A stretch of 32,000 nucleotides of DNA from Synechococcus sp. A15-24. GTDB taxonomy: Bacteria > Cyanobacteriota > Cyanobacteriia > PCC-6307 > Cyanobiaceae. The translations under genes were made by a program, and so were the position numbers. Of this stretch, positions 16,911 through 26,807 are shown piece by piece; position 1 is the stretch's first letter, and each line of letters starts with the position of its first letter. Location: contig NZ_CP047960.1 in the NCBI RefSeq assembly GCF_014280195.1, positions 570,001-602,000 of the forward strand. The letters are read 5' to 3'. The notes under the pieces are model-generated. The model was given only the letters and a program-made list of their open reading frames with translations, was not told the origin of the DNA and made no database searches.

Positions 16911-19640
16911 ATGGCTGCGTCCGGCCTCGACCCATCGACGATCTTTCCGTTCCCACTGGATGACTTCCAGCTAGAGGCGATTGATGCGTTGAACCAGGGC
17001 CACTCGGTAGTGGTCAGTGCTCCGACGGGATCCGGCAAGACCCTGGTGGGGGAGTACGCCATCCATCGGGCCCTCGCCCATGGCCAGAAGGTGTTTTACA
17101 CAACTCCACTCAAGGCGCTGTCCAACCAGAAGCTGCGGGATTTCCGGGAGGCCTACGGCGACGACAACGTCGGTCTGATGACCGGTGACCTCAGCGTCAA
17201 CCGTGAGGCATCAATCGTGGTGATGACCACGGAGATCTTCCGCAACATGCTCTATGCGGAAGCCAGCGAACACGACGACCCGCTGGCGGATGTGGAAGCC
17301 GTGGTGCTGGATGAGTGCCACTATATGAATGACTCCCAGCGCGGCACGGTTTGGGAGGAGTCGATCATTCACTGCCCGCCCTCGGTGCAGCTGGTGGCTC
17401 TGTCGGCCACGGTCGCCAATGCCGGGCAGCTCACCGATTGGATCGAGAAGGTGCATGGTCCAACCACCCTGGTGCTCAGTGACTATCGGCCTGTGCCGCT
17501 GCAGTTCAGCTTCTGCAGTGCCAAGGGATTGCATCCGCTGCTGAATGATGCTGGAACCGGACTGCATCCCAACTGCAAGGTCTGGCGTGCGCCGAAGGGG
17601 CACAAACGCAAGGGACGCTCCGCCAAACCTCCTCAGCCGGAGCCGCCGCCGATCAGTTTTGTGGTGGCGCAGATGGCGGAACGGGACATGCTCCCCGCCA
17701 TCTATTTCATCTTCAGTCGCCGCGGTTGCGACAAGGCTGTTCGCGATCTCGGCATCCAGTGCCTGGTCAACAAGGAGGAACAGGCCCGGATCCGGGCGCG
17801 GCTTAAGGCCTACAGCAGCGACAACCCTGAGGCGGTGCGGGATGGCATCCATGCCGATGCTCTGCTCCGGGGCATCGCGGCGCACCATGCCGGTGTGCTT
17901 CCGGCTTGGAAGGAGTTGATCGAAGAGCTGTTCCAGCAGGGCCTGGTCAAGGTGGTCTTCGCCACGGAGACCCTTGCCGCCGGGATCAACATGCCGGCTC
18001 GCACCACCGTGATCGCGGCCCTGTCGAAGCGCACGGAACGGGGACATCGTCCGCTGATGGGCAGTGAGTTCCTGCAGATGGCCGGTCGCGCTGGGCGTCG
18101 CGGCCTTGATTCCAGGGGCTATGTCGTCACCGTTCAGAGCCGGTTTGAGGGCGTTCGGGAAGCCGGTCAGCTGGCCACCAGCCCGGCTGATCCGTTGGTC
18201 AGCCAGTTCACGCCCAGTTACGGCATGGTGCTCAACCTGCTGCAACGCCATGACCTCAACAAGGCACGGGAGTTGGTGGAGCGCAGCTTCGGGCGCTATC
18301 TCGCCAGCCTCGATCTAGTGGAGGAGGAGGACGTGCTGTCCCAGCTGAGGCTGCAGCTCGGACAGCTTGAGGGGGTGGCCGGGGACATCCCTTGGGAAGA
18401 CTTCGAGGAGTACGAAAAGCTCAGAGGACGCCTGCGGGAGGAGCGGCGCCTGCTGCGGATTCTTCAACAGCAGGCTGAAGAGACCCTGGCCAACGAACTC
18501 ACCCTGGCGCTGCAGTTCGCCAGCACCGGAACGCTGGTGAGCCTCAAGTCACCGCAGCTGCGCGGACGGGTGACTCCTGCTGTGATCGTCGACAAGATTG
18601 AGGGCCCGGGCCAGTTCCCGCTGCTGCTCTGTCTGAGTGATGAGAACCTCTGGCTGCTGGTGCCATGCCAGTCCGTCGTCAGCATCCATGCCGAATTGAG
18701 CTGTTTGCAGGTGGATGGGGTCACGGCCCCTGATTTGCACAAGGCTGGCGAACTGCGCCATGGCGATCAGGCCAGTGGTGGACTGGCCCTGGCGGTGGCG
18801 CACGTGGCCCGGCGCCATGACATGACGACGCCTCAATACGACCTGGCGGGGGAAGTGCTGACTCAGGCCAGGACGGTGCAGGCCCTGGAACAGGAGCAGG
18901 AAGCCCATCCCGCCCATTGCTGGGGTGATCGCAAGCAGCTGAAGAAGCATCGGCGCCGGATGGAGGAGTTGGAGCAGGAGATTGAGGAGCGGCAGCGGTT
19001 GCTGCACCATCGCTCCAACCGCCACTGGGAAACCTTCCTGGCTCTGCTCGAGGTTCTTCAGCAGTTCGGCTGCCTTGATGAGCTGACGCCCACGGAGATC
19101 GGGCGGACCGTGGCGGCCTTGCGTGGTGACAACGAGCTTTGGCTTGGACTGGCCTTGATGAGTGGACATCTCGATGACCTCTCAGCGCCGGATCTGGCGG
19201 CGGTGTTTGAAGCGATCAGTACCGAGGTCAACCGGCCTGATCTCTGGAGTGGCTTCCCTCCCCCTCCCGCAGCGGAGGAGGCACTGCACGATCTCTCAGG
19301 ATTGCGCCGGGAGTTGTTGCGGGCCCAGGAGCGTCTCGGTGTGGTGGTGCCGGCTTGGTGGGAGCCTGAGCTGATGGGGCTGGTGGAGGCATGGGCGAAA
19401 GGGACGGACTGGTCCGATCTGATCGCCAACACCTCGCTGGATGAAGGGGATGTGGTGCGGATCATGCGCCGCACCGTGGATCTGCTGGCCCAGGTGCCTT
19501 ATTGCGAAGCGATCAGTGAGCAGTTGCGCAGCCATGCTCGTCAGGCCCTGCGAGCAATTAACCGCTTCCCGGTGGCGGAGGCCGAGGACCTGCTCAAGCA
19601 GGCTGGCGATCAGAACCCTGCCACCGAACGGGCGGCCTGA
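16911..19640 (+). CDS. Ski2-like DEAD/DEAH-box RNA helicase (HelY-type)
   Basis: About 909-aa ORF with Walker A APTGSGKT, DExH box LDECHYM, a SAT motif, motif VI QMAGRAGRRG and a long C-terminal domain typical of Ski2/DOB1-like helicases. ATG 16911 sits directly after GTG 16908. Confidence 0.88.
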   Translation: MAASGLDPSTIFPFPLDDFQLEAIDALNQGHSVVVSAPTGSGKTLVGEYAIHRALAHGQKVFYTTPLKALSNQKLRDFREAYGDDNVGLMTGDLSVNREASIVVMTTEIFRNMLYAEASEHDDPLADVEAVVLDECHYMNDSQRGTVWEESIIHCPPSVQLVALSATVANAGQLTDWIEKVHGPTTLVLSDYRPVPLQFSFCSAKGLHPLLNDAGTGLHPNCKVWRAPKGHKRKGRSAKPPQPEPPPISFVVAQMAERDMLPAIYFIFSRRGCDKAVRDLGIQCLVNKEEQARIRARLKAYSSDNPEAVRDGIHADALLRGIAAHHAGVLPAWKELIEELFQQGLVKVVFATETLAAGINMPARTTVIAALSKRTERGHRPLMGSEFLQMAGRAGRRGLDSRGYVVTVQSRFEGVREAGQLATSPADPLVSQFTPSYGMVLNLLQRHDLNKARELVERSFGRYLASLDLVEEEDVLSQLRLQLGQLEGVAGDIPWEDFEEYEKLRGRLREERRLLRILQQQAEETLANELTLALQFASTGTLVSLKSPQLRGRVTPAVIVDKIEGPGQFPLLLCLSDENLWLLVPCQSVVSIHAELSCLQVDGVTAPDLHKAGELRHGDQASGGLALAVAHVARRHDMTTPQYDLAGEVLTQARTVQALEQEQEAHPAHCWGDRKQLKKHRRRMEELEQEIEERQRLLHHRSNRHWETFLALLEVLQQFGCLDELTPTEIGRTVAALRGDNELWLGLALMSGHLDDLSAPDLAAVFEAISTEVNRPDLWSGFPPPPAAEEALHDLSGLRRELLRAQERLGVVVPAWWEPELMGLVEAWAKGTDWSDLIANTSLDEGDVVRIMRRTVDLLAQVPYCEAISEQLRSHARQALRAINRFPVAEAEDLLKQAGDQNPATERAA

Positions 19641-19642
19641 GG

Positions 19643-21040
19643 TCAGCGGTGGGGTGAGGCCATCGTGGCTGGATCGATCAACTGGTCAAACCGTTCGCCT
19701 GTGATCGCTCCGGATTGCATCGCGGCCTCCCGAAGCGTCAGTCCGTCTCGGTGGGCGTGCTGGGCGATCGCACAGGCTTTTTCGTAGCCGATCTCCGGCG
19801 TCAAAGCCGTCACCAGCATCAGGGATCGCTCCACGTAGAACGCGATCCGGTCACGGTCTGGTTCCATCCCGCTCACCAGATTCAGCCGGAAACACCGGCA
19901 GGCGTCCTGCAGCAGACGGATCCCCTCGATCAGGTTGAAGCCGATCAGGGGCTTGTAGACGTTCATCTGCAGATGCCCCCCAGCACCAGCCGCCGCCACG
20001 GCTGCATCCATGCCGATCACCTGGGTGCAGACCATGGCCATGGCCTCGCACTGGGTTGGATTCACCTTGCCCGGCATGATTGAGCTGCCCGGTTCATTGG
20101 CGGGCAACAGCAGTTCCCCTAGCCCAGCCCTGGGTCCGCAGGCCAGCAGGCGGATGTCATTGGCGATGGTGAGCAGCGTCACGGCCAGACGCCGCAGCTG
20201 AGCCATGGTCTGCAACAGGGCGTCATGGCCCGCCATCACGGCAAACAGGTTGTTCGCCGGCTGAAAGTCTGATCCCGTTCGGCTGGCGAGTTCAGCACAA
20301 ACCTCGTCGGCAAATCGGTCCGGCGTGTTTAAACCACTGCCGACGGCTGTGCCTCCGAGTGGCAGAGCCAGAAGGTCTTGATGGGCTGTGGTCAGCCAAT
20401 GGACGCCGTCGCTGAGTCGGTCGCGCCAGGCGCTGACTTCATCGCTAAGTCGCAGCGGTACTGCGTCCTGCAGATGGGTCCGCCCGATCTTGATTATGTC
20501 CTGCCAGGCATCGGCCTTGGCATCGAGACTCGCGATCAGCCGCTTCAGCTCTGGCAGCAGATCCTGCTGCAGCTGTAGAGCCGCAGCCACATGGATCGCT
20601 GCCGGGAAAACGTCATTTGTGGACTGGGACCGGTTGATGTGGTCATTGGGATGGAGGGGACGGTGCGAGCCGAGGCTCTCTCCGGAGTGCAGAGCAGCGA
20701 GGTTGCTGATCACCTCATTCACGTTCATGTTCGTCTGCGTGCCGCTGCCGGTCTGCCAGACACTCAGAGGAAAGTGGTCATCGTGCTGGCCTGTGTGGAT
20801 CGCCTGGCCCGCCCGTTCGATCAAGGCCACCTGTTGGTCGTTCAACAGACCATGGCGACCGTTCACAGCCGCGCAGCACTGTTTGATCCGTGCCAGGGCA
20901 TGAATCAGCTCCGCTGGAATCTTTTGATGACCGATGGCGAAGTTGTTGAGGGATCGCTGGGTCTGGGCTCCCCAGAGCGCTGCAGCGGGGACGTCGACAG
21001 CTCCCATGCTGTCGTGCTCCTGCCTCATCGGTTGGCCCAT
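19643..21040 (-). CDS. fumC: Class II fumarate hydratase (FumC)
   Basis: Fumarate lyase signature GSSIMPGKVNPTQCEA and N-terminal DSMGAVDVPAAALWGAQTQRS. The start is ATG 21040 or 21028. The track start at 21085 would overlap the divergent neighbouring gene. Confidence 0.92.
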   Translation of the reverse strand: MGQPMRQEHDSMGAVDVPAAALWGAQTQRSLNNFAIGHQKIPAELIHALARIKQCCAAVNGRHGLLNDQQVALIERAGQAIHTGQHDDHFPLSVWQTGSGTQTNMNVNEVISNLAALHSGESLGSHRPLHPNDHINRSQSTNDVFPAAIHVAAALQLQQDLLPELKRLIASLDAKADAWQDIIKIGRTHLQDAVPLRLSDEVSAWRDRLSDGVHWLTTAHQDLLALPLGGTAVGSGLNTPDRFADEVCAELASRTGSDFQPANNLFAVMAGHDALLQTMAQLRRLAVTLLTIANDIRLLACGPRAGLGELLLPANEPGSSIMPGKVNPTQCEAMAMVCTQVIGMDAAVAAAGAGGHLQMNVYKPLIGFNLIEGIRLLQDACRCFRLNLVSGMEPDRDRIAFYVERSLMLVTALTPEIGYEKACAIAQHAHRDGLTLREAAMQSGAITGERFDQLIDPATMASPHR

Positions 21041-21074
21041 TTGAGAATGCCGATCCCAATCGACAATCGTATGC

Positions 21075-21638
21075 ATGCCCTTCACCTGCCTCGCTGAGGC
21101 CAGTCATTGCTGCACGGTTGTGCTGCCCGGTGGCGAGAAGGCTGTGCTGCGGAGGTTTTTCCGGCGCCCGAAGCGATCAATGGCCGCCCTGCTCACCCGA
21201 CAGCGGATGGACTGCAAGGGCGATGGTCGCTTCCTCTACGCATCGCGGCCGTTTCAGCTCCTGCGATTTGAAATCAGGCCAGAGGTGCTGTTTGCCGCGC
21301 AGTGGTCGGATCAAGCCAAGGGGCTGGAGATTGCCTTTGAGGACTGCCGGATTCATGGCCTTGGCGCCATGCAGAACGCCATCCGCTTCGAGTGCACGGC
21401 GTTGCTTGTCCCCAAGCAGGAGGGTGTGGAGGCTCAGGCTCGAGCGGTGGTTCTTTTGTCGTCGGACAGTCCGTTGACTGCGCTGCCGACTGGCCTGCGC
21501 CAACGTTTGGCTACGCAGGCGTTGCAGCTGGTGTTTGCGCGGCTGGAGCGACGCTGCCAGGGCGGGCTGAAACGGGCCTTGCTGGATTGGATTGCGGAGG
21601 ATGCAATGGGGCGTGCTGATCTCAAGCGTGAGAGTTAA
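21075..21638 (+). CDS. Conserved cyanobacterial hypothetical protein (DUF1997-like)
   Basis: 187-aa ORF with core-like GC content. The family name is recalled from sequence style (GRFLYASRPFQLLRFEIRPEVLFAAQW) and was not verified. Confidence 0.55.
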   Translation: MPFTCLAEASHCCTVVLPGGEKAVLRRFFRRPKRSMAALLTRQRMDCKGDGRFLYASRPFQLLRFEIRPEVLFAAQWSDQAKGLEIAFEDCRIHGLGAMQNAIRFECTALLVPKQEGVEAQARAVVLLSSDSPLTALPTGLRQRLATQALQLVFARLERRCQGGLKRALLDWIAEDAMGRADLKRES

Positions 21639-21661
21639 AGTCTTGCGACCAATCCGGTGAC

Positions 21662-22483
21662 ATGAGCAAAATGCGAGCCGGATTTGTCGATCAGATCAAG
21701 TCAAGACTTGATCGCCTTTGGTTGCAAATCAGAATCGTTCTCGCGCTTTCTGAGACGGAGTTCGTCCTTAGGGCTGAAAAGGGATCCTTCGGTGTTTGGG
21801 GTGTCTTGTTTGAACCCTTGGCGTTGATGATGACCTTGTTAGCACTCAGGATTTTGATTCGGTTGAAGTCCACTGATTTGCTGAGTCCAGTGATCTGGCT
21901 TGCTTGCGGGATCGCACTTCTATATATGTTCAGAAAAATAGGAATCAAGGCATTAACAGGTGTTTCGAAGCGTCAGAAATTCTTTTTTTACCGTCGAATT
22001 CGTCCCCTGGACACGTTGTTAGCGTCGGCCTTGATTGAAGCCAGAATTCATGGTTCTATTCTGGTTTTGGTCTTCATTAGTGTTTCGTTTTGGAGTTGGC
22101 AGTTCAAGCTGGATGATCCAGCACTTGTTCTTATTGATTTCATTCTCACGATTGCTCTTGGCTTGGGGGTTGGCATCAGTGCTTTGGTGATCGGTCACCG
22201 CATCCCGATTGTTAAAACATTGACGAAATTCGGGATTAATCGATTGTTGCTTTGGACCTCTGGAATTTTTTATGCTACCTACACACTTCCTGGGCCGATA
22301 CGTCCACTAGTGACGTGGAACCCACTGCTTCATTCGGTTGAGTTGCTGCGACATGGAATTAATGTGGCCTATCCAATACCTGGAATCAGTCTGCAGTATC
22401 TGTTTGCGTGTAGTTCACTGAGCTGCGGGTTTGGACTACTGTTCTATTTCCTCAACGAGGCTCTCCTGCTCGCCGATGACTGA
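21662..22483 (+). CDS. kpsM: Capsule/polysaccharide-export ABC-2 permease (KpsM-like)
   Basis: 273-aa six-helix ORF with KpsM-type blocks RPLDTLLASALIEARIH and WNPLLHSVELLRHGI. Confidence 0.82.
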   Translation: MSKMRAGFVDQIKSRLDRLWLQIRIVLALSETEFVLRAEKGSFGVWGVLFEPLALMMTLLALRILIRLKSTDLLSPVIWLACGIALLYMFRKIGIKALTGVSKRQKFFFYRRIRPLDTLLASALIEARIHGSILVLVFISVSFWSWQFKLDDPALVLIDFILTIALGLGVGISALVIGHRIPIVKTLTKFGINRLLLWTSGIFYATYTLPGPIRPLVTWNPLLHSVELLRHGINVAYPIPGISLQYLFACSSLSCGFGLLFYFLNEALLLADD

Positions 22484-23699
22484 ACAGCCGCGTGTCAAAC
22501 GGACGGCCGGAATTTTTCCGAAACTCGGAGAAGGAGCTTCCTGGTTCGGTAACTCCTCAGATGATCCCTCCAGTTCAGACACGTCACAGCTCCGCTCTGG
22601 GCTACAGGGATCGTTGAAAGGTCTGATGAATTCGGGAACCTTGGCTGCTGCTTTTGTCGTCCTCTCGGCGATGTATTGCTTTGGTGTGGGCCGTGATCGC
22701 TATCAAGCGACGTCCGAATTTGTCATCAAGCAGCCGCTGCCCCCGGCTTCAGCCTCCACCATGGTTCTTGGCTCGATGCAGAGCTCCAGCGTGCTCTCGT
22801 CTCTGGAGGACGGTCGTTATTTGCAGGTTTACCTGAAATCCAATGCTGTGAAGCAGGCGGTTTTCCCTGATCCATCTGCGTTTAAGAGGACCTATGCACC
22901 TCAGGCTCCAGATCAATGGAGTGGCTTACGTCGTGATGCCAATGACCAGGAGCAGCTTGCTTTCTTCCGCCAGCAGCTCGATGTGATTCCCCAGGAACTC
23001 TCAGGGACCATCGTTCTATCCACAAGTGCGTTCACCGCAGACGATGCCTATCGCCTCAATTCCGATCTTCTGAAACAGTCGCAGCGCTTCGTTAATGAGG
23101 TGAATCAGTCGATCAGTGCGGATCAACAGAAGTTTGCTGAGGAGCAGGTGGCCTTCGCGAAGACCCGTCTCACCACGGCCACCAATGCGCTTGAAGCTTT
23201 TCAGGATCTTTACGGACAACTGGATCCTTTGGGAGAACAGACGGCTACCACTGGCTTCATTACTGGCTTGGAATCTCGGCTGGTTGATCTGAAGGTTGAG
23301 GAAGCCAGTCTTCGACGCCAGTTCCGTGATCCCAATGCTCCAGAGGTTGCTTTTGTCGCAGACCAAGTACGTGAGCTCGAGCGACAGATTCAGGAAGAGC
23401 GCCAAAAGGCCGTTGGAGCCGGGGGACGTGATCTGAACAAACTTGCTACGCAAGCCAGTCGCCTCCAAGGAGATGTGGATTTTGCACGGGAATCCTTGAG
23501 TTCAGCCATGCGTGCGGCTGACAACAGCAGGATGGAAAGCCAGCGTCAGCTGAAATTCATCGTGATGCTGAGCAAGCCGCAGATGCCCACCGGCCCTGAA
23601 ACGTCATGGCGTTGGAAGGCCTTTCTGTCATGCCTGGGTGTTTTGATTGTGGTCTGGGGCGTTGGAGGATTCATGTTGACGGCATTACGGCGTTATTAA
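22476..23699 (+). CDS. kpsE: Capsule polysaccharide export inner-membrane adaptor (KpsE-like, PCP-3 type)
   Basis: ATG 22476 overlaps the kpsM stop by 8 nt. It has an N-terminal helix followed by RYQATSEFVIKQ, a long coiled central region, and a C-terminal LSKPQMPTGP block plus a final helix, as in KpsE. Confidence 0.75.
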   Translation: MTEQPRVKRTAGIFPKLGEGASWFGNSSDDPSSSDTSQLRSGLQGSLKGLMNSGTLAAAFVVLSAMYCFGVGRDRYQATSEFVIKQPLPPASASTMVLGSMQSSSVLSSLEDGRYLQVYLKSNAVKQAVFPDPSAFKRTYAPQAPDQWSGLRRDANDQEQLAFFRQQLDVIPQELSGTIVLSTSAFTADDAYRLNSDLLKQSQRFVNEVNQSISADQQKFAEEQVAFAKTRLTTATNALEAFQDLYGQLDPLGEQTATTGFITGLESRLVDLKVEEASLRRQFRDPNAPEVAFVADQVRELERQIQEERQKAVGAGGRDLNKLATQASRLQGDVDFARESLSSAMRAADNSRMESQRQLKFIVMLSKPQMPTGPETSWRWKAFLSCLGVLIVVWGVGGFMLTALRRY

Positions 23700-23705
23700 A
23701 GTTTT

Positions 23706-23722
23706 AGAGTATTCAATACTCT
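23706..23722. terminator. 17-nt perfect palindrome agagtattcaatactct, 7 nt after the kpsE stop; possible terminator hairpin or operator
   Basis: agagtatt and aatactct are exact reverse complements around a central c, followed by ttta. It lies in the 168-nt AT-rich convergent gap between kpsE and the 979-aa glycosyltransferase gene. Confidence 0.3.
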
Positions 23723-23867
23723 TTATACAGATCGGTTGTATTTTGTTTTTGAGTTCAATGGATAGCCATATTGGGTTTAAGGATAAGAATGATTCCCATA
23801 CGAGCTTATAGATTAAAGTTTCTTGCGGAACGTTTTTGTCTCGTTTGGTAAGTTGAGCGTTTATTAT

Positions 23868-26807
23868 TCAATTATCTTGCTGTACTCGTGTTAGCCCTTC
23901 AAGATAATTTTCGATTTGTCGCGCTAATCGACGATTGCCGCGACGAATGGTTTCCTTCCAGTCTTTAATGTCTACCTCATGAGGGTTGTCTCGAAGCAAG
24001 CTAACCTTGATGAAGGGGAACTCATGATCCTCAATGAGTGATTTCCACTCAGCATGAAGAATATTGCCATTGGCATTTTTTGAATAAAGGCTTTCAAGAT
24101 TCATCCCATTCTCTTTGAGAAGGACAGAGAGTCCGACCTCATAGTTTTTGACAATGCTGCGTTTTTCATCCCAACACATTATGTTGTCCCAGAATTGCCA
24201 GAATGACGGACAAGAAACAGCGCGACGTTTAAACATTAGAAATGCAGATTGTAGATGGGGTTCGTACATGAGATTGTCCGTTAAACCAATCACATCCGCT
24301 TGGCTATTGGCAAGGCGATTGATCAGGCCGGTGAGGGGACGAATCGGACCCCAAAAACTATCGTTACAGAGCAATACAGACTTTCTTTGATCGATTAGAT
24401 CGCGACAAAACCTTAGACCAGTCATCCAGCTGCCAAAGTCATATCCTTCATTACCTCGAATGATTAGAGCATCGCTAACATTCTTAAGAGCTGCCAAATC
24501 ATGGTGGTGTTGCAACAACGATGGTGTCGCAGCAACGACTTGAATATAAAAATGGCGTCTGTACTTCCTTAACAGATCAAGAATGTCAGAGCGTATTGGT
24601 TTGTCAGGATTGGAGTCATATTGCGCAAATATCAGTGGTATGCGTTGGTCATTTGTTCTTAATGAACGCCTCCAGGTGAATAACACTGCTTCTCGTGCTG
24701 GCCTGAGAGGCACCACTTGTTTCAGGAGTGGTTCGTATCTCGTTGAATGATGATGAAGGAGGGGGCTGATTAATGGATCACCTTTCGCATAAATTGTTTT
24801 GTGCTTTTGGCGAAGGCGTCCTGATTCGCGTTGATGCCGTGCCCAAGCATATCCAACTTGATCCTTCCCACGACTGAGTGACTCATAGTGAGTGATTGAT
24901 GCATGTGGCGTCACAACAATGGCACCCCCTGCATCCCTGAGTCTGAGGCAAAGGTCGACATCATTAAAGACAACGGCGAGTTTTTCATCAAATCCACCAA
25001 CGAGGTCAAAACACTCGGCTTTCACCATCAAACAGGCTGCAGAGGCTGCGGAGAACTCTTCTTGTGTTCTGAGAGGTAGAAGGCTGGCTATGACCTCTTG
25101 CTCGTTAAGGTGCTTACCTGGTTCAAGAACGCAACGACGCTCTCCTGGAATAATGACAACTCCTTGATGTTGAATGCTTCCATCGGGATAATTAAGCCTT
25201 GAGCCGACGGCAACAGTTTTAGGGTGTGCAAAGGGATCTAGAAGTGCATTAAGGACACTTCCGGAGATAAATTCGATATCATTGTTGAGGAATAGCAGAA
25301 AATCTCCTCTACATAATTGGCGGGCTTTGTTGTTTAGTCGTGAGTAATTAAATTCTTCGTCGAGACGAATGCATTGAATATTGTCTTCCTCGATAACATC
25401 TCTTATCCATTCTTTTGTTGAATTTTTTGCGCTTCCGTTGTCAATTAGAACGATTTCATAATTACGATTTTTACCGGCATTAAGCTTGATCGAATTAACA
25501 CATGCCCTAGTTAATTCTACTTGATCTCTAAATGGAATCAATATGGAAATCAAGGATGATTTATCTGTAGGACGAGACAAGTCATGGCATCCTACCTGTA
25601 ACGGGTTGGGCTTGATTCCCCTCTCTATTCCAAAATATTGTTTGGCATGCTGACTTCTGATACGACCGATCTCATCTAATTGCTGATCACTCAATGGACA
25701 TCTTTCCCTGGGCCAGCCTTGTTCAGGTATTGAAGGATTCTGAGAGCTTTGATGCTTGACGAGTGCTATATGACAGTGGGTCGTCTTGATCGGATCGCGA
25801 GTTGTCTGTAGAAGTATGTCCAGACGTAATGCTTCTAGGCAGGTATAACTTGGAGCAAATTTACACCGCCTTAATTGAGAATAAGGTAGCGTTAGAAGTC
25901 CTCCAATGCCTCCGCGGGTACACAGACGAATGGCTGACACTGGGCTTCGGTATTGCCGATGTTCATATCCGAGCCCATCATTCCAAAGTTGGTAAACAAT
26001 AATGTCATCGCAGGTCAACACAGTGTCCGCTTTTGTTTGTTGGAGTTGTCCCGCTAAAGCATGTAGGGCTCCATTGGCCAAGATATCGCTGGCATGACAA
26101 ATAGTGATCCACTCTGCAGAGTTTTCTCTTAGCAGATTTGATAAAGAATTCATATTTGTCAAAGAGCAAGAAACCACATCGTTCCAACCACCTACAACAG
26201 CTAGAGATTGTGCTTGCTGTGTTGTTCCATCAATCACTAAAAGTAGATGCTTTGTTGTTAAAATCAAGGATTTTATTGTGGGTAACTTTGTTGGATGATA
26301 TCGATCAAGGCCTGTCGCAACAGATTCTTGCCGACGGAAATGATCCCACCCCTCCGTCGCGAGATGTTCGAGCAAAGAGATTTTATTAGTGCGTCTGATT
26401 TGTCTCTGTGTTTTGTTCAGGCCTGCGTCGTAGGCTCCAATGGGTATTGGCGGTAGATCTCCGTAAAGAGACAGATGACCATTTAAAATCTGATTCAGCG
26501 TCCCACTCACTAGTAACTCATTGATTGATGAGAGGTGCCGATGTTGAAGTAGTAAGGGGATTTTTTGAATTCCATCTTCCAGTGGGTTCCATGTTGTTGG
26601 CTCCAACAGTAGGGAGATGGGTAAATATCTTGGGTTAAGTAGATGAGAGTCTAAATAATCGTGCAAGCTTGCAAGATCTGATTTGATTAAATTAAGATCT
26701 ATGCCGATACGTTTGAATAGTCTGAGTTGTTTTTGTATAGAGCCAACAGAGATTCTTCCCTTTCTCCAATCTTGAAAAGATTTTGACCAGTGATCGTTGG
26801 GATTCAT
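23868..26807 (-). CDS. 979-aa three-domain glycosyltransferase: degenerate GT2-like, GT2, and RgpF-like (rhamnan synthesis F) domains
   Basis: The central GT2 domain reads ISILIPFRDQVELTRACVNSI...IVLIDNGS...FLNNDIEF...GSIQHQGVVI...FNDVDLCLRL. The C-terminal domain, with NEGYDFGSWMTGL and LQSAFLMFKR, resembles the RgpF family. An N-terminal region of about 400 aa has GT2-like remnants but lacks the catalytic motifs. Confidence 0.8.
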   Translation of the reverse strand: MNPNDHWSKSFQDWRKGRISVGSIQKQLRLFKRIGIDLNLIKSDLASLHDYLDSHLLNPRYLPISLLLEPTTWNPLEDGIQKIPLLLQHRHLSSINELLVSGTLNQILNGHLSLYGDLPPIPIGAYDAGLNKTQRQIRRTNKISLLEHLATEGWDHFRRQESVATGLDRYHPTKLPTIKSLILTTKHLLLVIDGTTQQAQSLAVVGGWNDVVSCSLTNMNSLSNLLRENSAEWITICHASDILANGALHALAGQLQQTKADTVLTCDDIIVYQLWNDGLGYEHRQYRSPVSAIRLCTRGGIGGLLTLPYSQLRRCKFAPSYTCLEALRLDILLQTTRDPIKTTHCHIALVKHQSSQNPSIPEQGWPRERCPLSDQQLDEIGRIRSQHAKQYFGIERGIKPNPLQVGCHDLSRPTDKSSLISILIPFRDQVELTRACVNSIKLNAGKNRNYEIVLIDNGSAKNSTKEWIRDVIEEDNIQCIRLDEEFNYSRLNNKARQLCRGDFLLFLNNDIEFISGSVLNALLDPFAHPKTVAVGSRLNYPDGSIQHQGVVIIPGERRCVLEPGKHLNEQEVIASLLPLRTQEEFSAASAACLMVKAECFDLVGGFDEKLAVVFNDVDLCLRLRDAGGAIVVTPHASITHYESLSRGKDQVGYAWARHQRESGRLRQKHKTIYAKGDPLISPLLHHHSTRYEPLLKQVVPLRPAREAVLFTWRRSLRTNDQRIPLIFAQYDSNPDKPIRSDILDLLRKYRRHFYIQVVAATPSLLQHHHDLAALKNVSDALIIRGNEGYDFGSWMTGLRFCRDLIDQRKSVLLCNDSFWGPIRPLTGLINRLANSQADVIGLTDNLMYEPHLQSAFLMFKRRAVSCPSFWQFWDNIMCWDEKRSIVKNYEVGLSVLLKENGMNLESLYSKNANGNILHAEWKSLIEDHEFPFIKVSLLRDNPHEVDIKDWKETIRRGNRRLARQIENYLEGLTRVQQDN

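Noticed and set aside
21041-21085. A longer fumC start at 21085 (MKGMHTIVDWDRHSQ...).
   Set aside because: It would overlap the divergent DUF1997-like gene start at 21075. It would also add residues not seen before the conserved DSMG block of FumC. The internal ATGs at 21040 and 21028 fit better.
21600-21700. A search of the island's left boundary for a tRNA gene, att-like direct repeat or integrase.
   Set aside because: The 23-nt gap between the DUF1997-like stop and the kpsM start leaves no room for a tRNA gene. No mobility gene or obvious repeat was seen, so I make no mobile-element call.
21983-21989. A T7 homopolymer inside kpsM, and an A7 run at 4801-4807 inside the kpsT-like gene, as phase-variation tracts.
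   Set aside because: Seven-nt runs are short for slipped-strand switching and are expected by chance in AT-rich island DNA. There is no evidence of frame heterogeneity.
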